Positions 48,236-56,847 of a DNA stretch of 64,000 nucleotides are shown piece after piece. Position 1 is the stretch's first letter. Each line of letters begins with the position of its first letter. The stretch is from Vicinamibacterales bacterium. GTDB lineage: Bacteria; Acidobacteriota; Vicinamibacteria; Vicinamibacterales; UBA8438. A program made the position numbers and the translations under genes. The notes under the pieces were generated by a model. It was not told where the DNA came from and did not search any database. It saw only the letters and a list, made by a program, of their open reading frames with translations. Location of the stretch: the NCBI GenBank assembly GCA_965204175.1, contig OZ241978.1:3814164-3878163 (forward strand), written 5' to 3'.

Positions 48236-49825
48236 ATGAGCAACGTCTTGAGCAAAGAGAAACGACAACAGATCCTCGCGCTGGGACGCCTCGGCTGGTC
48301 GCTGCGGCGGATCGAAGAGGCCACCGGGGTCCGGCGCGAGACCGCCAGCAACTACCTGAAGGCGGCCGGTCTGACGGTGCGCGGCCGTGGCCGCCCTCCC
48401 GCTCGACCGGCAAATCCGGCCATTTCGCCGGAGGCGCCCACCGACTCTGCGCCAGCCTCCGAGGCCGGCAAGGGCACCGCCGCCGCATCCGTCCCCGCGC
48501 AACGGCCCAGTCGAGCACCACAGGCGAGCGCGTGCGAGCCCTACCGCGAGCTGATCGTCGACGCGCTCGGCCGCGGGCGCAACGCCATGGCCATCTGGCA
48601 GGACCTGGTCGATGACCACGGTTTCCCGGCGAGCTATACGAGCGTGCGGCGCTTCGTCTCGGCCGTTCGGCAGCAGCCCGCCGTCGGGGCTCGGGCGGTG
48701 ATCACCACCGATCCGGGAGAAGAAGCACAAGTCGACTACGGCGAGGGACCGATGGTCCGTGACCCCGACACCGGCAAGTACCGGCGGACACGGCTCTTCG
48801 TCCTCACCCTGGGCTATTCGCGCAAGGCCGTCCGGCTGCTGGTTCACCGCTCCAGCGCCCAGGTCTGGGCCGAGCTGCACGAGCGGGCGTTCCGCCGGCT
48901 GGGCGGCACCGTACGCGTCGTCGTCCTCGACAACCTCAAGGAGGGCGTCCTCAGCCCGGACATCTACGACCCGACGCTGAATCCGCTCTACCGCGACGTG
49001 CTCGCCCACTACGGCGTCGTCGCTCTGCCGTGCCGCGTCCGCGATCCCGATCGGAAGGGCAAAGTCGAAGCCAGCGTCGGCCACGCGAAGAGAACGCCCC
49101 TGCGCGGCCTCCGATTCGAGCGCCTCGACGACGGCCAGACGTACCTGGACCGCTGGGAGCAGCGCTGGGCCGACACCCGCATCCACGGCACGACCAAGCG
49201 CCAGGTCGCCGCCATGTTTGCCGAGGAGCGTCCGGCGCTCGGACCGCTGCCCATCGAGCCGTTCCGCTACTACCAGTACGGCCGCCGCACCGTGCATCTG
49301 GACGGTTGCGTCGAGGTCTCCTCGGCCTACTACTCGGCGCCGCCCGGCTGGATCGGACGCCGCGTCGACGTGCAGTGGGACGACATCCACGTCCGCCTCC
49401 TCGACCCGAGCACCGGCCAACTGCTGCGCGAGCACCTGCGTACAAGACGCGGCTGGCATCGCATCGCCGACGAAGACCGGCCCGCCCGCACCCCGCCGAA
49501 GACCCTCGCCCTGCTCGCCGCCGCCAAGCGCGCCGGGCCCGCCATCTCCGCCGTCTGCGACCACATCCACCGCCATGAGGGCGCCGCCGGCGTCCGCCGC
49601 ATCCTCGGTGTCCTCTCGCTCGCCAGGAAGCACGGTCCCGCCGTCGTCGAACACGCCGCCACCGCCGCGCTCGAACTCGGCGTGCCCACCTACCGCTTCC
49701 TGAAGCGCTACCTCGACCGCCACCCCGTCGCGCCGCCGCTGTCGTTGCGCCAGGTCGACCCGCTCATCCGCGAACTGACCGTCTACCGCGATCTGATCGA
49801 CCGCAGAACAGGAGACCCCTCATGA
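48236..49825 (+). CDS. istA: IS21-family transposase IstA (inner element)
   Basis: 529 aa. N-terminal HTH (KRQQILALGRLGWSLRRIEEATGVRRETASNYLK). DDE region (QVDYGEG...FVLTLGYSR...VVLDNLKEGV...RKGKVE). ATGA overlap with istB. Confidence 0.9.
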   Translation: MSNVLSKEKRQQILALGRLGWSLRRIEEATGVRRETASNYLKAAGLTVRGRGRPPARPANPAISPEAPTDSAPASEAGKGTAAASVPAQRPSRAPQASACEPYRELIVDALGRGRNAMAIWQDLVDDHGFPASYTSVRRFVSAVRQQPAVGARAVITTDPGEEAQVDYGEGPMVRDPDTGKYRRTRLFVLTLGYSRKAVRLLVHRSSAQVWAELHERAFRRLGGTVRVVVLDNLKEGVLSPDIYDPTLNPLYRDVLAHYGVVALPCRVRDPDRKGKVEASVGHAKRTPLRGLRFERLDDGQTYLDRWEQRWADTRIHGTTKRQVAAMFAEERPALGPLPIEPFRYYQYGRRTVHLDGCVEVSSAYYSAPPGWIGRRVDVQWDDIHVRLLDPSTGQLLREHLRTRRGWHRIADEDRPARTPPKTLALLAAAKRAGPAISAVCDHIHRHEGAAGVRRILGVLSLARKHGPAVVEHAATAALELGVPTYRFLKRYLDRHPVAPPLSLRQVDPLIRELTVYRDLIDRRTGDPS

Positions 49826-50583
49826 ATCTCGTCGAACTCGACAAGGCGCTGCGCAAGCTGCGCCTTTCCGGCATGGCAAACGTCCTCGAGACGCGCCTGC
49901 TGCAGGCCCAGACCGAGCAGATGGCACCGATCGACCTGCTCGCCGCGCTCGTCTCCGACGAGCTCCAGCGCCGCGAGGACCGCCTGCTCGCCCGACGACA
50001 CAAGCAGGCCCGATTCCGAGACCCCGACCGCTCGCTCGACGGCTTCGACTTCGCCTTCAACAAGAAGATCAACCGCGCACTCGTCTTCGAGCTCGCCACC
50101 GCACGCTTCGTCGCCCAACGCGAAGACGTCCTCCTCATCGGCCAACCCGGTACCGGGAAGAGTCACCTCGCCCAGGCCATCGGCCGCGCCGCCATCCAGC
50201 AGGGCTATCGCGTCCTCTACCGCGAAACGCACGCCTTCCTCGAAGAACTCGCCGAGGCGACGCTCGCCGAGACCCGCAAGGACTACCTCGCCGAGCTGGC
50301 CCGCGCGCACCTGCTCATCATCGACGACCTCGGCATGCGCAAGCTGCCCCACACCGCCGCCGAGGACCTGCTCGAGCTGATCATGCGCCGCTACGAGCGG
50401 GCCTCGACGATGCTCACCTCCAACCGCCCGGTCGACGAGTGGGGGAAGCTGCTCGGCGACACCGCCGCGGTCACCGCGCTGCTCGACCGGCTCCTGCATC
50501 ACGCCCACGTGCTCAAGTGCGGGCCGCGCAGCTGGCGCACCCGGGTGCGGACCACCTCGGTAGTGTCGACGGGAGGCGCGTAA
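49822..50583 (+). CDS. istB: IS21-family helper ATPase IstB (inner element)
   Basis: Walker A GQPGTGKSHLA, Walker B LLIIDDLG, and ...LLELIMRRYERASTMLTSNRPVDEWG as in IstB. Confidence 0.9.
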   Translation: MNLVELDKALRKLRLSGMANVLETRLLQAQTEQMAPIDLLAALVSDELQRREDRLLARRHKQARFRDPDRSLDGFDFAFNKKINRALVFELATARFVAQREDVLLIGQPGTGKSHLAQAIGRAAIQQGYRVLYRETHAFLEELAEATLAETRKDYLAELARAHLLIIDDLGMRKLPHTAAEDLLELIMRRYERASTMLTSNRPVDEWGKLLGDTAAVTALLDRLLHHAHVLKCGPRSWRTRVRTTSVVSTGGA

Positions 50584-51084
50584 CCGGTGGGGAGTCGGTG
50601 GCTCATCCGGCGCTTTCGCACCGGGCCGCAGTCCGAACCCCGTGGGCACGTTTCCTCCACCCGTGCTCCGGTAGCCGGCGTTGCGCTGGCGTCCGAAGGC
50701 GTCCGCAGCGTTCCGCCAGTTGCCCCGGCGTTGCAAAACGGAGCGGAGGATTCGCGCGCGGCCGAGCGTCAACGCCCCATCCGGACGGGGTCCGCACGCG
50801 CGATAGCGCCGCCTCCAGGCTCGCCTGACGCAACAACCGCCACGGATCGTCCCCACGGTCACCGCGTGCGCCAGACGAGCCTTCCGCGGCACTCGAGTGG
50901 TCGCTCGACGCAACGCCCTTTCCACTTCGTCGTCGTCGACCACACCGTCCAGCCCAGCCCGGCCGTTCCGTCTCGCGAGGGTACCCCGGCCGGGCATGAC
51001 CAACACCGACGTCCGGCTCGCCCAGCGGTGGGTCTGTCGCCACGCTTGCGCCTCGATCGCGCGGCCGACCGCTTCCCCCTCGCT

Positions 51085-51098
51085 CCGTTACGTAACGG
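51085..51098. promoter_or_regulatory. Perfect 14-bp palindrome CCGTTACGTAACGG, 14 nt upstream of the passenger ORF
   Basis: Read directly from 51085-51098. Any operator function is speculative. Confidence 0.25.
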
Positions 51099-51112
51099 TG
51101 TAGCATGGCCGT

Positions 51113-51403
51113 GTGGCGTTGACGAACGCGGAGCGGCAGGCACGTTACCGGGAGCGGCGCAAGGCCGGCGAATCCCGGATCCGGTACCGTCGGCCAGCGG
51201 ACCGGAGATCGCGGCCACAGCAGTGGAACGACGCCGTGCAGACGCTCCTGCAGTTGCAGGAACAGTACCGGGAGTGGCGGGACGCGTTGCCGGAATCGCT
51301 TGCCGGGTCCGCGACCGCAGCGTTGCTCGAGCAAGTCTGCGATCTGGATCTGTCGGTACTGGAGGCTGTCGAGCTGCCCAGAGGCTTCGGGCGTGACGGC
51401 TAG
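51113..51403 (+). CDS. Small hypothetical protein carried between istB and the right end of the inner IS21 (possible passenger gene)
   Basis: 96-aa GTG-initiated ORF (ALTNAERQARYRERRKAG...LPRGFGRDG) with protein-like composition. It is the only plausible ORF in the roughly 940 bp between istB and the right IR. Confidence 0.4.
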   Translation: MALTNAERQARYRERRKAGESRIRYRRPADRRSRPQQWNDAVQTLLQLQEQYREWRDALPESLAGSATAALLEQVCDLDLSVLEAVELPRGFGRDG

Positions 51404-51470
51404 CGCGCCGGCAAACACGTTGCCAACAGAGGACGCCGTGAAGTAGATCTCAACTCCAGTCTCGGGCCGC

Positions 51471-51523
51471 CGGAAATGGCCGGTTTTGAGGTGCCCACAA
51501 ATGGCCGGTTTTGACCCGTCCAT
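51471..51523 (+). repeat. Right terminal inverted repeat region of the inner IS21
   Basis: cggaaatggccggttttgaggtgcccacaaatggccggttttgacccgtccat is the reverse-complement match to 48136-48182. Confidence 0.8.
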
Positions 51524-52535
51524 TGAGGTGCTGCTGCCGCTGGCCGGCGCGGTCTCCCCGCGTACGGTGCGCCGCTACGTCGCGGCGCTGCGCAGGCGTG
51601 TCACGTCGAAGGAGGCCTTCGTGCACCGCAGCATGGCTCCGGGGACGACGATGGAGGTCGACTTCGGCGAGTCGTGGGTCGATATCGCCGGGGCGCCGTG
51701 CAAGGTGAAGTACCTGGTGGCGACGCTGCCGTTCTCGAATGCGTACTTTGCCAAGGCGTACCCGGTCGAACGGCTCGAGTCGCTGCTCGACGGCATCGAG
51801 TCGGCGTTCGCTTACTTTGGAGGCGTGGTGGAGCGCGTGGTCCTCGACAACACCTCGCTGGCGGTCAAGGACATCCTGGCCGGTCGGGACCGGGTGCAGA
51901 CCGAGGCGTTCGCGGCGTTCCGTGGCGCGTATCCGTTCCGGGCCGAGTTCTGCGCGCCGGCCAAGGGCTGGGAGAAGGGAAAGGTCGAATCGGGTGTGAA
52001 GTATCTCAAGCGGAATTTCCTGGCGGGCCGGCGATTTTGTGACGACCTCGACTTCAACGAACAGTTGCAGGAGTGGATGGCGACGGTGGCCGACGTGCGC
52101 GTGCACGGGACGACGCACGAGCGTCTGATTGACCGGTTCGCGCGGGAGCGTGACGCGCTGGTTCCGGCGCCGCCGGGCCGGGCGTTCCGACTCGAGGCGC
52201 CGCTGACGCGGGTGGTGGCGACCGACTACCTGGTCACCGTCGACACGAACCGCTACTCGGTGCCGTTCACGCTGATCGGCCAGCCGGTCGAGGTGATGCG
52301 ACGCAACGGCTTCCTGCAGATGCGGCACCGCGGCCGGCTCGTCGCCACCCACCCGGTGCTCGGCGGCCGGCACTAGCTCCGGATCCTGCCCGAGCACGGT
52401 CCGGGGCCGATCGCCCGCAATGCACGCGTGCGCTACTCGACGGGCGGGCGCTCGACCGAGGCGGTCCCGCTCGACGTCGAGATCCGCGACCTCGCCTGCT
52501 ACGAGACGGCCTACGGCCTCGGGGGTGCGCAATGA
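51524..52535 (+). pseudogene. istA: Outer IS21 istA, 3' part (DDE domain), carrying an additional in-frame TAG at 52374-52376
   Basis: ...VLLPLAGAVSPRTVRRYVAALRRR...MEVDFGES...VATLPFSNAY...VVLDNTSLAV...GWEKGKVES... is IstA-like. After the TAG the same frame continues (LRILPEHGP...[19 protein letters not shown]) to a TGA that overlaps the istB ATG, as in intact IS21 elements. Confidence 0.8.
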
Positions 52536-53308
52536 CGTCTCCGCAGATGGTCCGGCTCGACGAGCACCTGCAGCGGCTGCGCCTGCATACGGTCCGCGAG
52601 CGGCTCGAAGCGCTGCTGCAGGAAGCCACGAAGAAGGAGTTGTCGTATGCCGACTTCCTCGACGGCCTGTTGACCGAGGAGGTGTCGGCGAAGACCGCCA
52701 AGCACGTCACGATGCGGACGAACCTGGCGCGGTTCCCGTTCATCAAGGGGCTCGACAGCTTCGACTTCGGCTACCAGCCCTCGGTCGACCGGAAGCAGAT
52801 CCAGAAGCTGAGCCTGTGCCACTTCGTCGAGCACGGGGAGAACCTGGTCCTGCTCGGTCCACCCGGGGTCGGGAAAACTCATCTGGCCGTGGGTCTCGGG
52901 CTCAAGGCGATCGAGCACGGCTACCGGGTGCTGTTCACCACGGCCGCGGCGATGCTGACGACGCTGACCAAGGCGCTGAACGAGGGCCGCTTCGACGACA
53001 AGCTGAAGGTCTTCACGATTCCGCGGCTTCTCATCATCGACGAGATTGGGTATCTGCCGATCGACCGGCCGGCGGCGACGCTGTTCTTCCAACTCATCAG
53101 CCGGCGCTACGAGCGCGGGCCGATGATCCTGACCAGCAACCAGAGCTTCGGCAGCTGGGGCGACGTCTTCGGGGACCGGGTGATCGCCAGTGCGATCCTC
53201 GACCGGATCCTGCATCACGCGACGACGATCAGCATCCGGGGCGATTCGTATCGGCTGAAGGACAAGCTGAAGTCCGGGGTGGTCAAGCCGACGACAGCGG
53301 GAGCGTGA
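52532..53308 (+). CDS. istB: IS21-family helper ATPase IstB (outer element)
   Basis: Walker [12 protein letters not shown], Walker [10 protein letters not shown], and [25 protein letters not shown]; 258 aa. Confidence 0.9.
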   Translation: MTSPQMVRLDEHLQRLRLHTVRERLEALLQEATKKELSYADFLDGLLTEEVSAKTAKHVTMRTNLARFPFIKGLDSFDFGYQPSVDRKQIQKLSLCHFVEHGENLVLLGPPGVGKTHLAVGLGLKAIEHGYRVLFTTAAAMLTTLTKALNEGRFDDKLKVFTIPRLLIIDEIGYLPIDRPAATLFFQLISRRYERGPMILTSNQSFGSWGDVFGDRVIASAILDRILHHATTISIRGDSYRLKDKLKSGVVKPTTAGA

Positions 53309-53490
53309 GCGATGGGAGCCTGTGGACGCTGCCGGCGATGTGGACGCGCAGACGCGACCACATCGCCTTGGACAGGCCGCAGACGGCCTGCCCACAGCCC
53401 CCACAGGCACTCAACTTATCGATGTTTTCAACCAGGGGTGGGGGAATTTTCGATGACCGCGGGTGGGGGAATTTTGAATGACCGTTGACA

Positions 53491-53692
53491 TCCGTGGGCC
53501 GACCGTCCCGTCCGAGTGCTGCATCCTCCACTCCCGCGGCAGGTACTCCTTCACTGCCCGCCACGCATCCCATGAGAGGTCCCGCGCCAGATACGTCACA
53601 CCGAAGCCTCCGGACCCCAGCACGCACTCGATCTCAAGCTCGTCCAGGCGCATTCCGCTCGGCAGCTCCTCACCCTCACCCGCATCCGCCAT
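53491..53692 (-). pseudogene. 5' fragment (about 67 codons) of a second Hanks-type Ser/Thr kinase gene, truncated at the outer IS21 right end
   Basis: MADAGEGEELPSGMRLDELEIECVLGSGGFGVTYLARDLSWDAWRAVKEYLPREW..DGTVGP parallels residues 1-73 of the kinase at 53772-56390. Similarity stops at about 53490, where IS sequence begins. Confidence 0.75.
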
Positions 53693-53771
53693 CTCCAGCC
53701 TTCTCGTCGGTCACACGGGCGACGCGCTAAGACACCGCATCGCAAGTGGCCACTGATGTCGACCGCGGCTG

Positions 53772-56390
53772 TCAGTTCCGCGTGCTCACGGTTATCGTGT
53801 AAGTTCCGCCGCTACCTTCTCCGACAATATCAGGATCACCATCAAGATCCCTCGCCTCGATTAGATACCTTCCCGACACGGGGAGCCTCTCAAATAGGGC
53901 GCCGCCGAAAGACTGATTGATACTACGGCCTTCTGGCGACTTCAGCTCATAGGTCATTGCAATATCATCAGAAAATTCCACAAAAACTCTTTGTCCTGCA
54001 GTACCCTCGAAAGTCCAGACCTCGACTCCCGGCCCATCGATTCCACGGACGGGCGTGTCGAATGCGAGAGGGCGTGCAGCGCGCACAACTATCGTGTAGT
54101 CACCTCGGGGTCGTTCGTCCCAATCAATATCGACGACGTACCGTCCCGACAACGGTAGCGTCTCCACGATTGGGAGAATGGGAAACCCGTAAGCCAGGTA
54201 CCTTTCAGTCGGCGAGTGCAGGTGGAGTCGCGGGAAAAGGGAATCGCCGCCAACAACACTCACACTGATTGTTTGTCCCGCAGAACCTTCGAAAGTCCAA
54301 CCGTCTGTGCCTGGTCCACCGCGGGATGGCACGTTCAGAGCAAGGGATCCCCTCTCTGTCGTGCGGTTTGTCGTGCGGTCTGTCGTGCGGTCTGTCGTGC
54401 GCACGACGACTTCGTAGCTGCCTCCGACGGAGAGATTGTCCCCCGCAATGACGAAATAACGGCCAGACACGGGTAGTACTAGCTCAGAAGGCAATGCGGA
54501 ATAGTCGGGTGAAAGTAGGCCGCCGCCCTCCACGGTGATCGCTTGCCCTGCGACGCCCTCGAAAAACCAAACGTGTAGCGGCTCGCCGGGATTCCACCTG
54601 CCTCGCGATGGCGTACCCAAGGTGAGCGACGACATCGATCTCTCCTGGAACACAACCAAGCCGAACTCACTCGAATCGCTGCTCAATGCCCGCACGCTGA
54701 ACAGATATTGTCCAGATGCTGGCAAAGTTTGCCTCGTTTCCAGTACCCTATCCTGAGCGATGACTTCACCAACCGGCGACATTACTTGAATCGCGACGTT
54801 TTCGCCTCCCCCGCCCAGGAGCACGCTCTGTCCTGCCGTACCTTCAAAGGATCGGAGCACAGTAGCGGGCGCATCACCACCCACCGTGCCAGAGTTGGGT
54901 GGATCAGAGGGGGCCACGTTGGGCACAATGGGAGTAACGTTGCGTCCAAGGTCCCGGCGGAGCGCCGCTTCGCTCTCGCCGGTCAGATAGCCCGTTGCGG
55001 TGACGCTTTGCGCCGCCTGCCATTCCCGCAGCACCGCCCGCGTACCGGGTCCAAACATTCCGTCCAGTGGGCCGACGTCAAACCCGGCCGCCACCAGGGC
55101 CGCCTGAAGCAAACGCCGCTCGTTGCGGTCCAGTCCCAGCGCCTCCTCCTCCTCCTCCTCCGCAGCCGGCGAGAGTGCCTCCCGTGTCGGAGGCCGCTCG
55201 ACTACCGCTGCTTCTCTGTCGCTTTCCGGATCCGGCTCACGGACGGATCCACCACCCTCACCGTCGTCGATTCGATCGGCGTCGACCGCAACCGGCTCGC
55301 CACCTCCACTCGGCAGTGCCGTCTCGCCAGCCGAGGCTGTTTCCACCCGACCGCCTCGTTCTTCCAGAACCGCCCCATTCCGAGAACTCAGGGTCATGGC
55401 CAGCACCACGCCGACAATTCCGACGGCCGCCGCGCCGGCCAGCCACCACTGCCACGGCGACGCCGACGTTTCTCCTCGGGAAGAACCGCCTGGTTCGAGG
55501 GGCTTCCCCAAGATCGGACCCGGAGGGGCGTCCAGCAACCGCTGCCACGCCTCCAGATCCTGCGGGCGATCCTCCTGGTACACTGCCATCGCCGCGCCGA
55601 CCGCCGTCGCCAAACCGGAACTCACCTTCTGCGGCGCCACCTCCACCAGTGGCCGCAGCCGGTCTTCCTGGGTCCGCTCCGTAGCCGCTTTCGGCACCCC
55701 ACCGCTCAACGCGCAATAGGCCAGAGCCCCCAGGGCATAGATGTCCGTCCACGGTCCCTGACGATCGCCCGGCGGATACTGCTCAATCGGTGCGTATCCC
55801 GGCGTCAACACCGACGCCAGTGTGCCCGACTGCCCCCCCATCGCATGACGCGCCGCCCCGAAGTCAATCAGAACCGGCGAGCCATCTCGGCGCACCACCA
55901 CATTCGCTGGTTTGATGTCCCGATGCAGCAGTTCCGCCGCGTGAACCTCCTTCAGCCCCTCCGTCAACGCGTCCAGCACCTCCCGTACCCGATCCTCCGA
56001 GAGCGCACCCGCCGCCTCCACCTGCGACGCCAGCGTCCGCCCCTCCACGTATTCCATCACCATGTAGGCGGTTCCTAGCGCCTCGAACACTCGATGCACC
56101 TGCACGATGTGCGGGTGCTTGAAACGCGCCAGAATACGCGCCTCCTCCAGAAACCGCTCCAGGCCCCATTGATAGTCCTCGGCGTTGCCGCCCGTCCACG
56201 GACCTACCGTCCCGTCCTGCCGCCGAGTTCCCCACTCCCGCGGCAAGTACTCCTTCACCGCCCGCCACGTCTCCAGCGACAGATCCCGCGCCAGATACGT
56301 GATCCCGAAACCGCCCGAACCCAGCACCCGCTCGATCTCGAGCTCGTGCAGCCGCGTCCCCGGAGCCAGAGCGTCACCTGCGTTCGTCAT
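53772..56390 (-). CDS. Hanks-type Ser/Thr protein kinase, TM, peptidoglycan-binding domain and four PPC-like (pre-peptidase C-terminal-like) repeats
   Basis: Kinase motifs LGSGGFGITYLARD, AVKEY, HRDIKPANVV, DFGAAR and GYAPIEQ. TM WWLAGAAAVGIVGVVLAM. PG_binding_1-like LLQAALVAAGFDVGPLDGMFGPGTRAVLREWQ. Four repeats follow the pattern (W/S)FEG(T/S/V)AGQ...LP(A/V/L)SG(Q/R)Y...Y.(I/V)(V/T)V. AAGGAG SD upstream. Confidence 0.85.
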   Translation of the reverse strand: MTNAGDALAPGTRLHELEIERVLGSGGFGITYLARDLSLETWRAVKEYLPREWGTRRQDGTVGPWTGGNAEDYQWGLERFLEEARILARFKHPHIVQVHRVFEALGTAYMVMEYVEGRTLASQVEAAGALSEDRVREVLDALTEGLKEVHAAELLHRDIKPANVVVRRDGSPVLIDFGAARHAMGGQSGTLASVLTPGYAPIEQYPPGDRQGPWTDIYALGALAYCALSGGVPKAATERTQEDRLRPLVEVAPQKVSSGLATAVGAAMAVYQEDRPQDLEAWQRLLDAPPGPILGKPLEPGGSSRGETSASPWQWWLAGAAAVGIVGVVLAMTLSSRNGAVLEERGGRVETASAGETALPSGGGEPVAVDADRIDDGEGGGSVREPDPESDREAAVVERPPTREALSPAAEEEEEEALGLDRNERRLLQAALVAAGFDVGPLDGMFGPGTRAVLREWQAAQSVTATGYLTGESEAALRRDLGRNVTPIVPNVAPSDPPNSGTVGGDAPATVLRSFEGTAGQSVLLGGGGENVAIQVMSPVGEVIAQDRVLETRQTLPASGQYLFSVRALSSDSSEFGLVVFQERSMSSLTLGTPSRGRWNPGEPLHVWFFEGVAGQAITVEGGGLLSPDYSALPSELVLPVSGRYFVIAGDNLSVGGSYEVVVRTTDRTTDRTTNRTTERGSLALNVPSRGGPGTDGWTFEGSAGQTISVSVVGGDSLFPRLHLHSPTERYLAYGFPILPIVETLPLSGRYVVDIDWDERPRGDYTIVVRAARPLAFDTPVRGIDGPGVEVWTFEGTAGQRVFVEFSDDIAMTYELKSPEGRSINQSFGGALFERLPVSGRYLIEARDLDGDPDIVGEGSGGTYTITVSTRN
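54357..54404 (-). repeat. 12-nt tandem repeat (tgtcgtgcggtc x about 4) encoding TDRT/TNRT/TERG units between PPC repeats 2 and 3
   Basis: Read directly: tgtcgtgcggtt tgtcgtgcggtc tgtcgtgcggtc tgtcgtgcgcac. The protein reads RTTDRTTDRTTNRTTERG. Confidence 0.85.
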
Positions 56391-56406
56391 CGCTGCTTCT
56401 CCTTCG

Positions 56407-56838
56407 CTACTGCCGCCGCCGGGGTTCCTTCTGGATCAACTCTCCCGTCTCAGGAATCCGCTCCAGACCCTGGGCCAAATCCAGCACGTCTTCCCCAGCC
56501 GGCGGCGAGCCGGCATCGCCGTGACTCGCGTTGCCGTCGCCCGAGGGAGACGCAACATCGTGCGGACACCGCGCATCGAGCTGATCGACGCGCATCTCGT
56601 AGTCGCCGAAGCGGATGTGATCGGTCGGCTCGACCAATTGCTGACGGATCGCCCGCCAAGCGCCGCTGTTCAGCACGAACGTCCCGTTCGTCGTCGCGCA
56701 GTCGGTAACGTGCAGACGCCCGGCGGAAACCCGTACGACTTCCGCGTGCCGCCGGGACACGCTCGAATCGTCCAGCCGCACGTCGCACGATCTCTCTCGA
56801 CCCACGGTGTACGTTCTCACTCTCGACATCTCGTCCAC
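56407..56838 (-). CDS. Small FHA domain protein
   Basis: YTVGRERSCDVRLDDSSVSRRHAEVVRV..LHVTDCATTNGTFVL...IRFGDYEMRV is an FHA core. Start at 56838 (GTG) or 56829 (ATG). Confidence 0.85.
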   Translation of the reverse strand: MDEMSRVRTYTVGRERSCDVRLDDSSVSRRHAEVVRVSAGRLHVTDCATTNGTFVLNSGAWRAIRQQLVEPTDHIRFGDYEMRVDQLDARCPHDVASPSGDGNASHGDAGSPPAGEDVLDLAQGLERIPETGELIQKEPRRRQ

Positions 56839-56847
56839 CCTGGCCGC

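Larger units (their letters stand above)
48136..51523 (+). mobile_element. Inner, apparently intact IS21-family element (3388 bp) flanked by a 4-bp TGAG direct duplication
   Basis: The terminal inverted repeats are about 47 and 53 nt. Left: aaatccggccattagtgggcggctgaaaaccggccatttccg. Reverse complement of right: aaaaccggccatttgtgggcacctcaaaaccggccatttccg. TGAG occurs at 48132-48135 and 51524-51527. Removing the element and one TGAG restores the outer istA frame. Confidence 0.85.
47740..53490 (+). mobile_element. Outer IS21-family element (about 2.36 kb of its own sequence), inactivated by the nested IS21 and by a nonsense codon in istA
   Basis: A split istA plus an intact istB. The candidate left end TGGTAGCGG... 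carries two copies of tgaaaagggacccc (47754-47767 and 47777-47790). The candidate right end ...ACCGTTGACA carries two copies of gggtgggggaatttt (53435-53450 and 53461-53475). The ends are only loosely inverted-repeat-like, so the boundaries are approximate. Confidence 0.55.
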
